Source: Harriotta raleighana (taxonomy: Eukaryota). Taken from it: a stretch of DNA of 64,000 nucleotides. The translations under genes and the position numbers were made by a program. The stretch spans positions 2,433,229-2,497,228 of the forward strand of contig JBNZDD010013646.1 of NCBI GenBank assembly GCA_050575255.1, read 5' to 3'. Below the pieces are notes generated by a model. It was not told the DNA's origin, searched no databases, and worked only from the letters and a program-made list of their open reading frames with translations. Positions 1 to 14,310 of this stretch are shown piece by piece; positions within the stretch are counted from its first letter, which is position 1; the number at the start of each line of letters is the position of its first letter.

Positions 1-205
1 CTTAAGACCCTAATTTTTGAACATGCCTATGTTCACCTTCTTATCCCTACCCCATCACTGCCCCACTCCCTGACCCTCCACCCATGCTGATCCCAAACCC
101 CGGTTGAGGTCCAAATTATAGATTGTCCAGTGCCTAGGATGTACTTCCGATGTGGAATGCACTATGTTGTTGTTGCTGTATATAAATGGAATTTGTTGTT
201 GTTTT
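1..205 (+). mobile_element. L2 LINE 3' end
   Basis: Pyrimidine-rich 3' UTR and tail ...aatttgttgttgtt, shared with the other L2 copies. Confidence 0.7.
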
Positions 206-246
206 TGAGGAACCATGAATCCAAACTCTTTGAATTCTAATGCATG

Positions 247-555
247 TGGACTTCTGTAGCGCAGTGGTTAGAGCAACCAATTTACAAGCGTGAGACCTGT
301 GTTCAAATGCAGTCAGGGTGAAAACTTGGACAAGTTTCCTTACTCCACATGCCTAATAATAATCCCTCCAAAAAAAAATAAAAAACCATAACAATAAATT
401 GGTCATTTCAATCCACGACTGGATGCCATGTTTTGTCCACAAATATACAGTCAATTCACTTTACAGTATATTCTGTGAAGTGCGTTGATATATCTAGAAG
501 ACGTGGGAAGTGCTATTTCAAATGCAAGGATTATTATTATTATTATTTTATTATT
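247..555 (+). mobile_element. tRNA-derived Deu-domain SINE
   Basis: tRNA-like head with A/B boxes (tagcgcagtggttagagc...gttcaaatgc), tail ...tcaaatgcaagg(att)n. Confidence 0.85.
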
Positions 556-1801
556 AAAGTAATCTGCAAATTTTGTGTGGAACGGGACTGCTCATTTTAA
601 CACAACCTGGACTGTAGCTGAAAAACACCATCTGTACTGGTGGCAGCTTCGACTGACCTACTGTGCCACGAGAGTTGTTTTGCTGCCATCCTCTCCAGTG
701 GCATGACCTTGCTACTCTAGATGTCTTTTCCTTCTGTGAACTTTGGAGATAAGCAATGTAAACAATACTCACAATCACTAATGTCTTTCCCAGAGCTGAC
801 ACCATTTGGTTCATTATCCTTTCAGAGATCTGCTTCTGTAATGGTTCTCATTAAAAAGCAATTAGGGATGAATATGGATTCCAGCCAGAGTGCTAAGTAA
901 ACATAAACATATCCTAGGTTAAGATTGAGTTTTACCTTCCCCAAAAAACGTAGTTCTAGCTCTTTAAACAAAAGCACCACGTATCAGAAACTAATTTGCG
1001 ATATTTGTAAATTTTATTTACTGAGATCATTGCAACTTCTGGAAAATGCAAATAAACCAACAGATACAATTTGCGTGTAATACTAATTAGATCCCAAACT
1101 CAATATTTCCTAAATGTGTCGCCTGTGGTTTCTCGCATTCATTAAAATATATCACGATACAGAGCAAAATTGCCTAAATAATACCATGTTGAATGATTCT
1201 CAAAGATTACTGGAGGGAATATTGAATATCAGGTGTACAAGCCCACATGAATGCATCATTTTAAGCTGGAAGCAGTCATCCAGAAGCTTCCAACATTTGT
1301 TACAGGTAAAGCTTGTCTGGTGAGTCTGAACATTAGCTTAGGGTGAAATGTGGAAATTGCACTCGGAGACCCTGGAGACACAACTGTGGAAATTGACAAT
1401 ATTTGTCACTGGAAGCATGATGTAGGATGTTCAGGAAGTACAAGAGAAGCTATCAGACAGTCAGATATTACCAACAGTTAAATTGAGAACATTGTTCCTA
1501 GGTAGAGAACCCGCTACAGAAATTGGAATTATTATTATGAATAACAATTGTTTCATTTTATATAGTGCATTTTTGTCAGAAGGAGGCTCAAATCATTTCA
1601 CAGGATTTACTAAAAGCTAAATGTGACCCTATCATACTTATCCTCAGCTCCACTGGCTCCCCATCCCTTAGAATTCAAAATTGTTGTCCTCATCTTCAAG
1701 GCCCTCTATGGCCTTGTCCTATCCTACCTTTCCAGCCTTATCAACATTTCTCTTCTTTGGTTGAGACCATGACTCCTTGTTGTAGACTTGTTAAGTGCAA
1801 A

Positions 1802-2165
1802 GTGGATTTCTACAGCTAAATGGTTAGAGCACTCGCCTCGCAAGTGAAAGGACATGAGTTTGATTCCTCAGCAAAGTGTTAGATAAGTTTCCTTACACCA
1901 CACACCTCTGTATACTTAGCAGTAAGTAGGAATCCAGTTGTTAGTCAATTGGTGGATTATTTTTCGGAGGGTAATAATCCTTTAAAAAATAATATTAAAC
2001 ATTTGGCCACTCAATCCACAACTCTTTGTGGGACACTGCTGTGCATAATTGGCTGGCACATTTTGCTCACAAAATATTTATTCAATTCAAAGTATATTCT
2101 GTGAAGCACATTGTGACATCTCAAAAATGTGATGAGGTGCTAAAACAAGTGTAAACATTATTATT
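1802..2165 (+). mobile_element. tRNA-derived Deu-domain SINE
   Basis: Head ggttagagcactcgcc, core tgtgggacactgctgtgcataattggctg, and the shared tail. Confidence 0.85.
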
Positions 2166-3688
2166 TTGTGTTTTATTATTTGGTTTCCCTTATTTTGTAT
2201 TGGAATGTAGGGTCTTTCTCTTGCAGGTGAATGGATTTTTTTCTGTTTAAGATGTGTTTTGTAACGCATTATTCATAAAGTTTTGACCCTTTCTGTGTAC
2301 CAAGTTACTTGTTGCTAAAGAGCTTTCTCTGAATTTCAAAATCATTTTCTGTGGTAAATTCTACAGGGCCAAAAAAGTACAATTCATATAAGTTGTCTCT
2401 CATCTCAGCACTTCTAGGAGGTTTACTCTATTAGAAGAACACAGACTGCTCTCACAGTATAAATCACTTTTGCCAATTCACTGAATGAAAAATGAGTGGC
2501 ACTGAGTGCTACTCACAGCTGGATGTTCTTCATTCTATCTTTAAATTTCTGGAAAACGATGGGATTGCATGCCGTCATTCAAGTCCACAAAAAGGCTATG
2601 CATGGAGGTTGAGTGGACACAGTCTTTTATTAATTTATTAATCAACAGCTGCTGTCTAGTAATTCTATGAAAAATATCCTTTCACAGCATATCAGTGTTC
2701 ACTTCCATATATCCTGTAATGCACCTTGAGACATCCTAATAACGTGAAGCCTGCGGTATCAAATGAAAGATTATTTACTTCTATTTATCATTCTATAATA
2801 ATTATTCTTGCATTTGATGTGTTGTTATTAAATCAGAAGGATGTTTCATAGTGCTCTGCAGGATATACTGGGAAGTGCAGTTACTATGAATTTTGTAGGC
2901 AACGTCAAAATCAATGTGTTGTACGCAAATTAATATCCAGCAGCTCATCGATGTGTAAAACAGGAGAAGAAAATGCGCTTTAGGACACATGTTTCTTTGC
3001 TTGTTTGCCTCTTAAACTTTGCGTGGCAGAATGTGTTCAATTATTAGACCATTTATTAGAATAAGTGTTTCTCAGAAACAAGATAACATTCTGCAACATT
3101 TAGCTCAGGTGACGTTTGATTTATTTTTAAATTTGAACTTCAGAAAGGGTCTTGTTCACAGTATATTGCTTCATGAAACTGTATTTTGTGCTCTTCAGGG
3201 CTAGTAACACAATAAGGTTAATTGCATAAACCAAGTTAATGGGATATCCATTGATATAGAATGCGACATTAATGATTAATCTAATGAAAGGACCTGTGCC
3301 TTGGGGCAGGCGGCAATAGCTACTGTTTGATAACCATCAACCCAAACTTGCAGTCCTGTATTTTCCAAGTTTGAACATAATTTCTTTGCTACGATAAAGG
3401 AGTTTTTCCAAGTGTCCTGGTCAAAAAAGGGCACTCATTCCATGCTTGTTATTGGACAGCGCTGTGCACAAATTAGTTGTGCATTTGTCCACAAAATACA
3501 CAAGACACATCGCTTTATAGTATATCCTGTGAAGTGCTTTAAAACATCACAACAATGTGGTAAATAAAGCACTATATTAGATGCAAGGATTACTATTAAT
3601 AATAACTGATGTATGGGAACTGCATTTTGAACAAAACATATCTGTAAAAACTATGGTTTATTTCAAGTTATACTTGAAATCACAATAT

Positions 3689-3754
3689 CAGTAAAACCTT
3701 GATAATCTGTGAGGTTAGTGGGCCCAACTGTGCCGGATTATCTAGGTTTTACTG
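3689..3754. mobile_element. Minimal 66-bp hairpin MITE related to family A
   Basis: cagtaaaaccttgataatc...gattatctaggttttactg. Confidence 0.75.
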
Positions 3755-6094
3755 TATAATCACAATATATTAGTTTCTTGAGAAGCAACAGAAATTCCAG
3801 GCTACACTGCAAGGTTTCACACTGGAGCTGCAGTGACTCTTTCTGTTCCTGTGACATCAAAATGGTGCAGATTGACAGACTCAGTGCTAGGTATTTAATT
3901 ACTCATTCGACACAAGGATTTTACAGGTAGAATTGTGGACTCAGTGGTTGCAGCTAAGATGTTACAATGGGATCTTCACAAAGGATGCACCTGGTCTGAT
4001 CACAGTCACATGAAGTTCAATTTGGACATTATATATAGGAAGTGAAATAAAAGAGGCACTGCGTGAATTGCATAGATCTTGATAAAAGGCAAGTGCAAAG
4101 GATATCAGGAGTCAGTTGTCTTTTTGCCCACGATTTCCAAACAATGTCAAATTGTAATAAAGGAAAGTTCCTTAGAACAGAGGAGTTTAAGACGTAATTT
4201 GGTAGAGATAATTTAATGGAAGATCAACCATTACTTGAGCAGTGGAAGTGTGAACGGATAAAGCAAAGAAATGAAGTACTTGCACAAATAGTTGTGGATT
4301 TAGTGACCACATTTTTTTAAAGCGATTATTATACCCAGAAGAGCAATCTGCCAATCGATTAACAACTGGGTTTCTATTTACCTCTAGGTAAACTGATAGA
4401 AAATAGCCTGTGGTATAAGGAAACTTGTCCTAGGAAATGATACGCCCTGCCTGGGAATCAAACCCAGGTCCTTTCACTTGTAAGGCTAGCGCTCTATCCA
4501 TTAATGTACAGGACTCCATATGGTACATTGGTGCAGTATGCTTCAATAACTAAATATCCCTCTCCTGTTTCTATTTTCCTATGTTCTTCAATCTATTGTG
4601 CAGTTATGAACCCCGAAGAGGAGCATAGAGCATTGAGTCTCTTTCCCGATGTTAGAGATATCAGCTTTGAGGAATAAACGCAAAAGCCAGAGATGTCTCA
4701 AATGGCTAAAGTTTGGGAAAAACACTTAACAAGATAAATAATAATAATCCTTGCATTTGATATAGTAAACATCATGTCTTCGAGATCTCAAAGAGCTTCA
4801 CAGAATATATTGTAACGGGGATTGAATGTAAAAACAAAGCAAACTGAAGAAAAAATATCAATCACCTACTGCTTTCAGTGAAACCATATTAAAACTTTAT
4901 TTTTTCTTCAGTCGGTTGTTTGTTGCAGGTGGAAACCCATCACCATGTTTAAGAGTATCTTGTTGTGCTATACTTAATAATAATATTCCTTGCATTTGAT
5001 TATAGTGCTTTGTTATGTCTTTGATATATTTCAGAGGGCATTGGAGGATATACTATAAAATGTAGTGACTGTATGTTCTGTGGGTGAAACACAGCAGCCA
5101 GATTCAATATTGTATTATTTTAACATGGCTCCTTACAGGTTCAAACAGCTGTGGCCTGCGAACCTACAGGTTTGGCTCTAAATAGTTACTACAAGTTAAA
5201 ACTTGGGAAGCACTTTGAAGCATTTTGAGGATGTGATAAAATGGTACTTAAATGCAAGGATTTATTACTAACCTCTTATTATAATCCCTTCAAAAAATAA
5301 ATAATAATTTTGCCACTCAATCCATGATTGTTACCTCTAATACACAAGTCTTGCATCTCCACTTGCACTCACTCATTGCTTTTTATGTAACACATTGGAG
5401 ATGAAATATCTTTGTGTTTGTTTTTAAGAAACCACCGTGTTCCTTCATTTCTTTTTTTCTCTCTGGCTAATGGACCTTTACATTATTATACAGTGGTCCA
5501 GTCAAGAGGTGAATATGTGTAAATCACAGCTGCTCTATGGATCAGCTGGCAAGGCAAATATTACAGTATCAAGATGAGTGAAGAAACACTTTTAAAAAAA
5601 TCTTTGAATAAGTGCTAAGTTATTTAAAATAATTAAATTACTTCTTCCTCAAATAACACATTAGTTAAATACACTCGAAGGTGTGGTGTCTGGCTGCTGA
5701 ATTATCTGAGCTCAGTAGATGTTCTCTAAGATATTGCCACTGACCTTCTGATATATTGTGAGTAATTTTCCATCCAACATGCAGCGTAAATGGATGTTGA
5801 TGTAGCCTGCATTGAACTGGAGCACTGAGGAGGAGATTTCAGGAGCAATGTGATTCACACCCACATATCATAAACACAGCAAGCGTGAATTGCAGTGGGC
5901 TCATTCCCCCATGATTTGTCCATTGGGCAGTTAGAGAACTTTAAAAGGTTCATTTATAAATATCTTTGAACACTCAATTTATAATAATCATATATATCTG
6001 GCTCAAAGATAAAATTCTAATTGAAAAGTTTGCCAAGGTGCATGTGAAAATCGGTTAAAATGCTGATGCAGAATGAAAAGTATGATTCAGGGTC

Positions 6095-6232
6095 AAAAAC
6101 AGAAGTCGTTGGGAACATTCAGCGGGCAGACAGCATCTATGGAGAAAGGAAAGGGAGTCAACGTTTTGGTTCTGCCACCCTTCGTTAGAGACAAAGTTTC
6201 AGATTTCCGGCATCTGCAATGTTTCACATTTT
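6095..6232 (-). mobile_element. Penelope-like terminal fragment
   Basis: Same repeat as 23790-23900 (cagcatctatggagaaaggaaagggagtcaacgtttt) with a decayed hammerhead core. Confidence 0.6.
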
Positions 6233-6654
6233 AGTTTGATTCAGGGTGCCTGTTTCACATTGATATATTGTCAGCACAAAGCGTTAACTGAGAAAAATGA
6301 GGAAAAATTGGATAGAAAATTAAACAGTTTTCAACACAGCATGTGCAAATCATAACATTAAATACTGGAAGTGCAACTCATCAACGATCACATTTCAGAC
6401 ATTAATGAATTTAATTGCTAATATCAAGAATTCTTTCATTTCAAGCATGAAAAAACATAAATTTGGTGATGGAATTTTTTTGAGTTATTATGGAAATAGT
6501 AGCAAAGTGCCAAATAGTTCTACCATAAACTGATGTTCTATTTTGTTGTCAAAAATGGTAACTTTCTCACCAGAACAAATCAAATAAACATATTAAACAG
6601 CACACTCAGAGCAATTGAGATAGATTTCCATTCATCTCCAAAACCTGTACCTAC

Positions 6655-7446
6655 AGGTGACATCATCCGCAGATATGGGGTTAACTTCCACATGTACGCA
6701 AATGACTCCTAAATCTATCTCTCTGCCTCCACCCTCAATTACAGGACCACTGATGTCCTAACAGATTGCCTGTTAGACAGTAAGTCCTGAATGAGAGCCA
6801 ACTTTCTACAATTGATCCTCAGCAAGACCAAGGCCTTTTTGATTGGCTTGTGACAGAGGCTTCGCACCTCAGGCAATGGCAGTATCAGCATCCACTGATA
6901 CACACTCCACCTCACCAAGCCAGTCAGCAACCTAAGCATCTTGTTTGATCCTTTCTCTCACACAACTGAAGCCTTCACAACTCTTCCTCTTCCTTGCAGA
7001 TGATCCAGAATTCTGCAGCTCATGTCCAAGCACCAAGCTCCATGAAAACAACACATCCATCCTTGACAAGCTCCATTGACTCCCCGTCCCTCAGAGGTTC
7101 GAGTTCAAAATTCTTGTCCTCACCTTTAAGATACTCCATGGCCTTATCCCATCCTACCTCTCCAACCTGCTAAACCATTATTAATATTTCCCCTCCCACC
7201 ACTCAGCAACCTTACTCCACGTTTCCCACCTGGCGTACGTCACCATCAGCAGTTGGGCCTTCAGCCTCTCTGACCCCATCCTCTGGAACTCCATCCCACA
7301 ATCCATTTGTTTCCCTCCCTTGCCTTCTTCAAAGCTCATCTCAAGACCACCCCACTTCGACTGAGCCTATGGGCACCCTCCTACCCTCTGTGCCCTCCAC
7401 ATCCTCCCAACGTGAAAGGTGCTTTACAAATGTAATTTTGTTTTGC
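6655..7446 (+). mobile_element. 5'-truncated L2 LINE (RT C-terminal part and 3' UTR)
   Basis: DIIRRYGVNFHMYAND (YADD motif), LH*LPVPQRFEFKILVLTFK, tail gtgaaaggtgctttacaaatgtaattttgttt. Confidence 0.85.
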
Positions 7447-7553
7447 ATTGTATAAAATGACAGCCAATCTTATTCACAGCATGGGTCAGATTTGGTTCTG
7501 GTTATCAGCAGTGAAACTAATGCAGATGTTAAGCTCTGTTCTCAAAAATAGTA

Positions 7554-8437
7554 CAGTAAAACCTTGTTTATCCGTGACTCAAATAATCGGAAAACCCGTT
7601 CAACCACCACCTAAAAAAAAGGTCCCGATTCGATTAACCGGAAGTTATCTGGCGACGCGTTTAATGTTGGGTATAAACTCATTCCTGCTCCTTTTTAAAG
7701 TCTCTTTTTTTTACCTCGTTCGGATGAGTGCCTATCGTTGGGAAGTTAAGTGTACAGTACCTAATAAATATCACTGCAGGTAGCAGCCAGGGAGGAAGGG
7801 AGGGAGTAGGGAGTGGGAGAATGGAGGAAACGGAAAGAGAGAGGGAGAGGGTGGGTGGGGAAGGAGAGACAGAGAAAGAGAGAGGGGGGGAATGAGAGAT
7901 GGGGGGAATGAGAGATGGGGGAAAGAGAGAAGGAGAGAGATGGGGGAAAGTATAATGGAGCGAGAGAGAGAGAGAGGGAGAGTAATGGTTGATGCAGAGA
8001 GAGAGAGAGAGAGAGGGAGGGAGAGAGAGGAAAGGGACAGTGGGGGGTGAGGATTGTGGGCAGAATTTATATGATGGATTCAGACTAAATATCTTTGAGG
8101 GTTTGTGTCTGTGTGTGTGTATGTGTCTGTTTGTGTGTCTATGTGTGCGTGTATCTGTCTGTGTGTGTGCTGGTCGTTAGGTCTAAACTCGTTGCTTTTT
8201 AAAGTTGCGTTTTATTTTACCTCCGTCGAATCAGTGCTGCCATTGCGAAGTTAAGTATAAATAAGTGTACTAATAGAATATCCAGTTATTATTTAGTCTA
8301 TTATTAATATGGTATGTGTTAAAGTAATTTTTAATTAAAAAAATATATTCAGAAAAAATGTAAAACCCGTTCAACCAGAAATCCATTTAGCCGCCACTAC
8401 TAGGTCCCGTGGGTGCCAGATAAACAGGGTTTTACTG
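7554..8437 (+). mobile_element. Non-autonomous Tigger/pogo-type (Tc1/mariner superfamily) DNA transposon, family A
   Basis: TIRs cagtaaaaccttgtttatc / gataaacagggttttactg with TA on both sides. The interior holds GA- and TG-rich simple repeats. Confidence 0.85.
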
Positions 8438-8989
8438 TACCACCTAAAAATATCAAAATATGCAAGTGCTTATTGCTCTTTGAGGTGAAAGAAGTAACAC
8501 GTGATGTGATAATTATCACTAGTGATAATTCTTCCATTGACAAAATCTGTGGTCAAAGCCTGTCAGTAATTAACTGTGTGTGTGAACTGCTTCTCCCCTC
8601 CCCTGGATTGCAATACAATAGTTGGGCTTAAAGCCAGCCCAAAGTTTCTAGCTGACAGTATAGTTGCAGGGAGGCGTATGAATGTTACTTCATAGGATAT
8701 GGATTAAACTCTGATTGAACCAGCATTGAATGTTGAAGAATTGTGGCTGGGGTAAAGTTCTATTACTTCAGAATTGACTGATATACCAATATCGATGAGG
8801 AGGTATATTCCCAGGGGATAATTATCCATGGTTTGGAGTGCAATACTTGACAATGTGAAAATCATAATTAGATTATTTTTCTATCCTAATATTTCTTCTG
8901 TTTGGTACCACTGAAGGAAATATTTCCAAATTAGTTTACTCTTGGATGAAACCATACACTCACATACATTAATAACTGAGGAGTGTTGT

Positions 8990-9420
8990 ATGTCAGTTTG
9001 GCTCAGAAGTAGCACTTTCGCGTCTGAATCAGAAGGTTGTGGTTTCAAACCCCACACTGGGACTTGAAGAACTCATATCATCTGAGTTGACATTTCAAAG
9101 CAGTTCTGGGGATTTGCTGCAATCTTTTGGATGAGGCGTTAAATCCAAAGTCTGTTTGCTGCTCACGTGAACATTACTATTCGAAAAGAAAAACAGAGTT
9201 TCTCCTGGTATCCTGGCCAAAAATTCCTCCAGATAAAATTGGTCATTCATTTCATGATTGTTTCTGAGGAACTGCTATATGCAAATTGCTTGCTGCATGC
9301 ACCCATAAATATATATAGTAGTCACCCCACTTCATAGCAAATCCTGTGAAATGTTTTAAGACTTCCTTGCAACATGATATGTTGCTACAATAAATGCAAA
9401 GATTACTATGAGTATTATTA
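8990..9420 (+). mobile_element. Older DeuSINE (SacSINE1/AmnSINE1-like)
   Basis: Head ggctcagaagtagcact...ctgaatcagaaggttgtggtttcaaacccca, core gctatatgcaaattgcttgctgc, tail taaatgcaaag. Confidence 0.7.
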
Positions 9421-9579
9421 TTTAGAATTAGAGCATTATTGTTCGTGTTCACCAAAGATCCAGGATTGTCCTCCTTAAACATTGCATTACAGAGGGCCTT
9501 CTTTTTACAGCCATTTGTAGACCAAGGAAGTGCAAAACAGGAGGAAGTTACTTTTTGGGAATTTTACTTATTTTATCTA

Positions 9580-10252
9580 CAGGAAGTCCTCAAGTTACGT
9601 CAGGGTTCGGTTCCTAAGATGTGGTGTAAGTCGAATTTGTATGTAAGTCGAGTCACCCCCCTATAATGCTTACAGTAACATACAGTGATTGGTTGTAGTG
9701 TATAGTGGGCTGCCCGCTCTCCCCTGCACCCCTCCTAATAAGTACAGTACTGTAAATAAAATAAAATATTACAATGTACAGTACTTACATGGCTTCATTG
9801 TGAGTCTGGCATACTGGAATAGGTGTCACATGGCAGGAGATTTACATAGAGGATGATGGTGTTGGTGGAGAATCTGGATCTAATGAAGATGTTGGGGATG
9901 GAGCTTCTGGAGCAGGAGAAACTGGAGCTGGTGGAGCAATTGTCTTCTTCTTAAAATATTTGTCAATCTGTCTAAAGGCTCGAGAGTACTGTACCGCCGA
10001 GCTCACAGACTCACACAGTACACATTCATGTCTCGCCTCCATCCTGTTCCTGTCCTGAACGCGTATCGTGGTCCCGTAAGTGTTGAGAGCGGCGACTCCA
10101 ATTTTCTATCACGCGTGGGGGAACTAAAGTATTTACATAGTAGTGTCATAACTTCGAGACTTTGGATGTAACTCGGACGTAATTTTACTGATATTAAGTG
10201 TCGTAACTTTGAATTGTCGTACCTCGGAACGTCGTAACTTGAGGACTGCCTG
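9580..10252 (-). mobile_element. Internally deleted Tigger-like DNA transposon (family B) carrying a transposase C-terminal remnant
   Basis: TIRs caggaagtcctcaagttacg / cgtaacttgaggactgcctg with TA TSD. Minus-strand ORF 9842-10042 ends RQIDKYFKKK plus a Pro/Ser-rich tail, resembling Tigger transposase C-termini. Confidence 0.8.
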
Positions 10253-10683
10253 TACTTGGAAATGCTAAGGGGCTAAAGGACAATAGCTAATATTATAATA
10301 CCTTAAATAATTAATTGAGAACCAATTAAAGAGATTATATCAGTAAACATTGTTAATTACATCATAAAAGGACTTGTAAATCCCTCTGTACTTATGTATT
10401 TAGTAATGGTTAATGCATGGTTTACAAAATTCACATAATTCACTCATTTGTGTCAATTGTAGGGGAAGAGATAATTGCTTGAATTCCTAAGTAATCATTT
10501 TTGTTTTCTTAAAATCTTCAAGCTGCACTATGAATACCATGGAAATATGATGCAAGTAGAGGATATATATGCAAAAGTGATGGAGCCATTTAACACTAAT
10601 GAGCGTTAGATGCTTTGAATGACCTGTGGATGACTCCTCCAAGACACGATAAGGTGCTATATCAAATGTAAGGATTATTGTTA

Positions 10684-11686
10684 CAGTAAAACCTTGATTA
10701 TCTGTGACTCGACGAACCGGAAAACCCGTTCAACCGCTATCTCAAAAAAAGTCCCGATTCGATGAACCGGAAGTTATCCAGCAGAATAGTAAAGACGCAT
10801 TTAATGAATGGATTCCTGCATGCGAGTACTGCTGCAGTTATATTGGCAGCCGCTAGTTGATCCTAAAGTCGTACTACAGACGTTTTTTTCAAAACTCATG
10901 ATACTACCGTTTTTTTAAAAAATGCCGTTTGTCTGATTTTTTTTCCTCTTTTANTATCCAGCAGAATAGTAAAGACGCATTTAATGCATGGATTCCCGCA
11001 TGCGAGTACTGCTGCAGTTATATTGGCAGCAGCTAGTTGAGCCTAAAGTTGCACTACAGACGTTTTTTTCAAAACTCATGATACTACGTTTTTTTTTAAA
11101 TGCCGTTTTTCCGATTTTTTTTTTTCCTCTTTTGNTTTTTCCTCTTTTAATAGCCATTGTAGAAGTTGAGTGTTAATTATAAAGTACTAATACAATATTC
11201 TGTTAGTACAGTATCTGTTATTAGTGTATTTAGTCTATTATTTATATAGTATTGTTCAACATTTATATGTGTTTGTGAATGTATGTGTGTGTGTGTGTGT
11301 ACTCTCNTGTTATTAGTATATTTAGTCTATTATTCATATAGTATTGTTCAACATTTATATGTGTTTGTGAATGTATGTGTGTGTGTGTGTGTACTCTCAC
11401 TCTCTCTCTACAAGTCCAGCATATTCAATCAATTCAAAATACCTCGCAAGAAGGCTTCACAGTAATTGACCGTGCCTTCCCCTCGCTGAGGGATAGCAGC
11501 ATGGGAACAGCAGATTCCTGTGTTTGCACAGGGTGGGAGCTGGTAATCTGTTATTACTGTGTAAAAATATTTTATTTTTTATTTTTTAATTTAAAAAAAA
11601 ACGTTTTTGTTTATCCATTTAACCAGAAAACCATTTAACCACCATTGGCCAGGTCCCGTGGGTGCTGGATAAACAAGGTTTTACTG
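10684..11686 (+). mobile_element. Family A Tigger-type element (length inflated by assembly duplications)
   Basis: TIRs cagtaaaaccttgattatc / gataaacaaggttttactg with TA TSD. Subterminal sequence matches 7554-8437. Confidence 0.85.
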
Positions 11687-13321
11687 TAGTAAGATAATTG
11701 TCGGCAGTAAATATCGATATAAAGGTAGAGCACAACTGTTGGTTTCAGCATATTTGATAAATATTTGTTTGCCCTTGGTAGACCTCATCTAATCATATTC
11801 ACACTACCAGCACTCTCTGCATGGTTTTATACCAATAGAAAGAATAAATTTAATGTTTTATAAAGAATTCCAGTCATAAATTATACACATTTAGTTTTGA
11901 AAGTGAGGTCAGCGAGTTGAATTACAATAAATGTTTTTACTTAATTTGAGTTTATTATGTGTGCGCTATTGAATTGGCAATTGATATTCTAAGTGCAGCC
12001 AAAGAAATGCAACTAATTAACTCATAAAGCCTACATTATATACATTGCATGCAAACTCATCTACTGCTCAATAAAGTACTGATTTCACATCTTTGTGAAC
12101 AATCTTACATTATTGTTAATCTCTGTTAATTTTCGTATGGCTGACAATGTTTCAAATATTGCATCAACTGTTTTAAAGCAATTTGGCAACCTTTTTTTTT
12201 ACACACACAATCTTGCAATACTGCTGCGTGTACAGAATAATTGGAATTGCTGTCCTTTGGATGAAATATTAAACCAAGATCTGCACTGCCTGTTCAGGTT
12301 AGACATTAAAAATCCTATTGAGCTGTTCAAAAGGGAGTTTTTCGCTGTATACTGGCTAACAATCCCGATAAAATTGATCATTCACTTCAAGTCTGCGGTG
12401 GGATCTTGCTGTGCACAAATTGGTTGCTGTGTTCACCTACAAATATACTTGCTTTCTGTTACAGCAATTCCAAGTGAAACACTTTTGAGATCATTTGGAT
12501 ATTAGCATCTCTTTACCAAATGCAAGAAATAGTATTACAAATATTTGCTCCATGTTAGATTATAAAATTTACCATAAAATATATGTTTGCTAAACACACT
12601 CAAATTACTTACTAAAAAATCCATCAAAACAACAAAGCAAGTAGGTGACAGACCAATTGAATTCCTTATGTAATACCAATAGCTTCTACATGGAGTAACA
12701 CAACAACTAACTCCCCAATTTACAAGAATAATTATGATGTCTTTCCTCATATCCCTGACTGCATTCATATATTAAAATAATTTAAAATATTATCAGTCAT
12801 GCTTCATTTTACACTCAGTGCTCAAATCTTCCTCTCACCATTCAGTCAGCACCATTCTTCGCTGTAGGTATAAAAATTCACAAAGAAAACCCAAATAATT
12901 TAACTTTTACATTATAGTTGAGAGTCAAACAAGACACCAAAATTCTGGAGTGGCTCAGTGAAGTGGAATGTGCATCCTTGAATGATGATGCGGTCAGTGC
13001 CCGAGGTGTGGAGGTGCCGTTGGGAGCCTATTACGAGGGCCTCAGTCTTGCAGACATTCAATAATAATAATCATTGGATTTGATATAATGCATTTCACAT
13101 CTTCTAGATACCTCAAAGCATTTTTACAGAATAAACTGTACAGTGAATTGACTGCTTATTTTGCAGGTGAAACGCGACAGCCAATTTCGGACCTCAGTGT
13201 CCCACAAACGGTCGTTGATTAAAATTTAAATGTATTATATATTTAGGGATTATTATCAGGCATATGGAGTAGGGAAACTTGCCCAACTCTAGAGACTTAG
13301 CTCTTATATAGGATGTGATGT

Positions 13322-14310
13322 ATAACAACAACAATAACAACAACAGTTGTACTCGTACGGAGCCTTTCACGTCAAGAAGACGTCCCAAGGAGCAGGACGG
13401 TCGCTGTTTCAAAACCGAGCTGGGGACAGGGGGGTGGGAGAGAAGAGGGAGATTTGGAATTGCCGATGGGACCATCGAAGAGGAGAGTCTTGAGGCGGGA
13501 CTTGAAGGAGCCAGGGAGGGGGTGAGGTGAAGGGTCTGTGGGATGGAGTTTCTGAGGTTTGGGGTCGGAGTGGCTGAAAGCTTGCCCACCAATGGTGCAG
13601 TGGGGGATGTGGAGCAAGCTAGAGCCTGCTGAGTGGAGGGGCTGGGCAGGTTGGTAAGGGGTTAGAAGGTCACAGATGTGTGGTGGGATGAGGTTGTGGA
13701 GGGCTTTAAATGTCAGGACCAGTATCTTGAATTGGATCCTCTGGATGATGCAGAGCCAATGGAGTTGGGCAAGGACAGGGAAGATGGGGTCACAGAGTTT
13801 GGAACAGTAGAGAACACGTGCCGCAGAGGTCTGGATTATCTGTAACCTCTGGACAGATGTTTTGTCAGGACTGTGGTCATCCTGAAGTTGAGGGTGGAGG
13901 CAGAGAGTTAGAATAGAATATCATCACATACATGTGGAAGTTGACCCCATGTTTATCCCTGATTTCACCAAAAAGGTGTTTGTAGTTATTGAAGAGGGAG
14001 GGACCAATTATGGAGCCCTGAGAAACGCCACACAAGACCATACGGGCTCTGAAGGAAAAATTATTTGTGACGACAAAGTGGAGACAGTGTGAATGGAATG
14101 ATCTGAAACAGTCAAGGACAGAACCATGAAGGTTGATGTCTGAGGAGGTGAAGGAGGATAGAATGGTCAATGGTGTTAACGCCAGCGAGAGGTCAAGGAG
14201 GACAAGGAGGTAGAGGGTGCCCTGATCATTGATAGAGAAAATATTATTTGTCACTTTGACCAAACCTGATTTTGTGCTGTGGGTGGCATAGAAACCTGAT
14301 TGGCACAGAA
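13322..14310 (-). mobile_element. L2 LINE fragment with internal deletion
   Basis: Minus-strand ORF contains QSGF..HST..LVKVTN, LVLLDLS, GVSQGSIIGP and GVNFHMY. (ttg)n tail at about 13322-13345. Confidence 0.85.
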
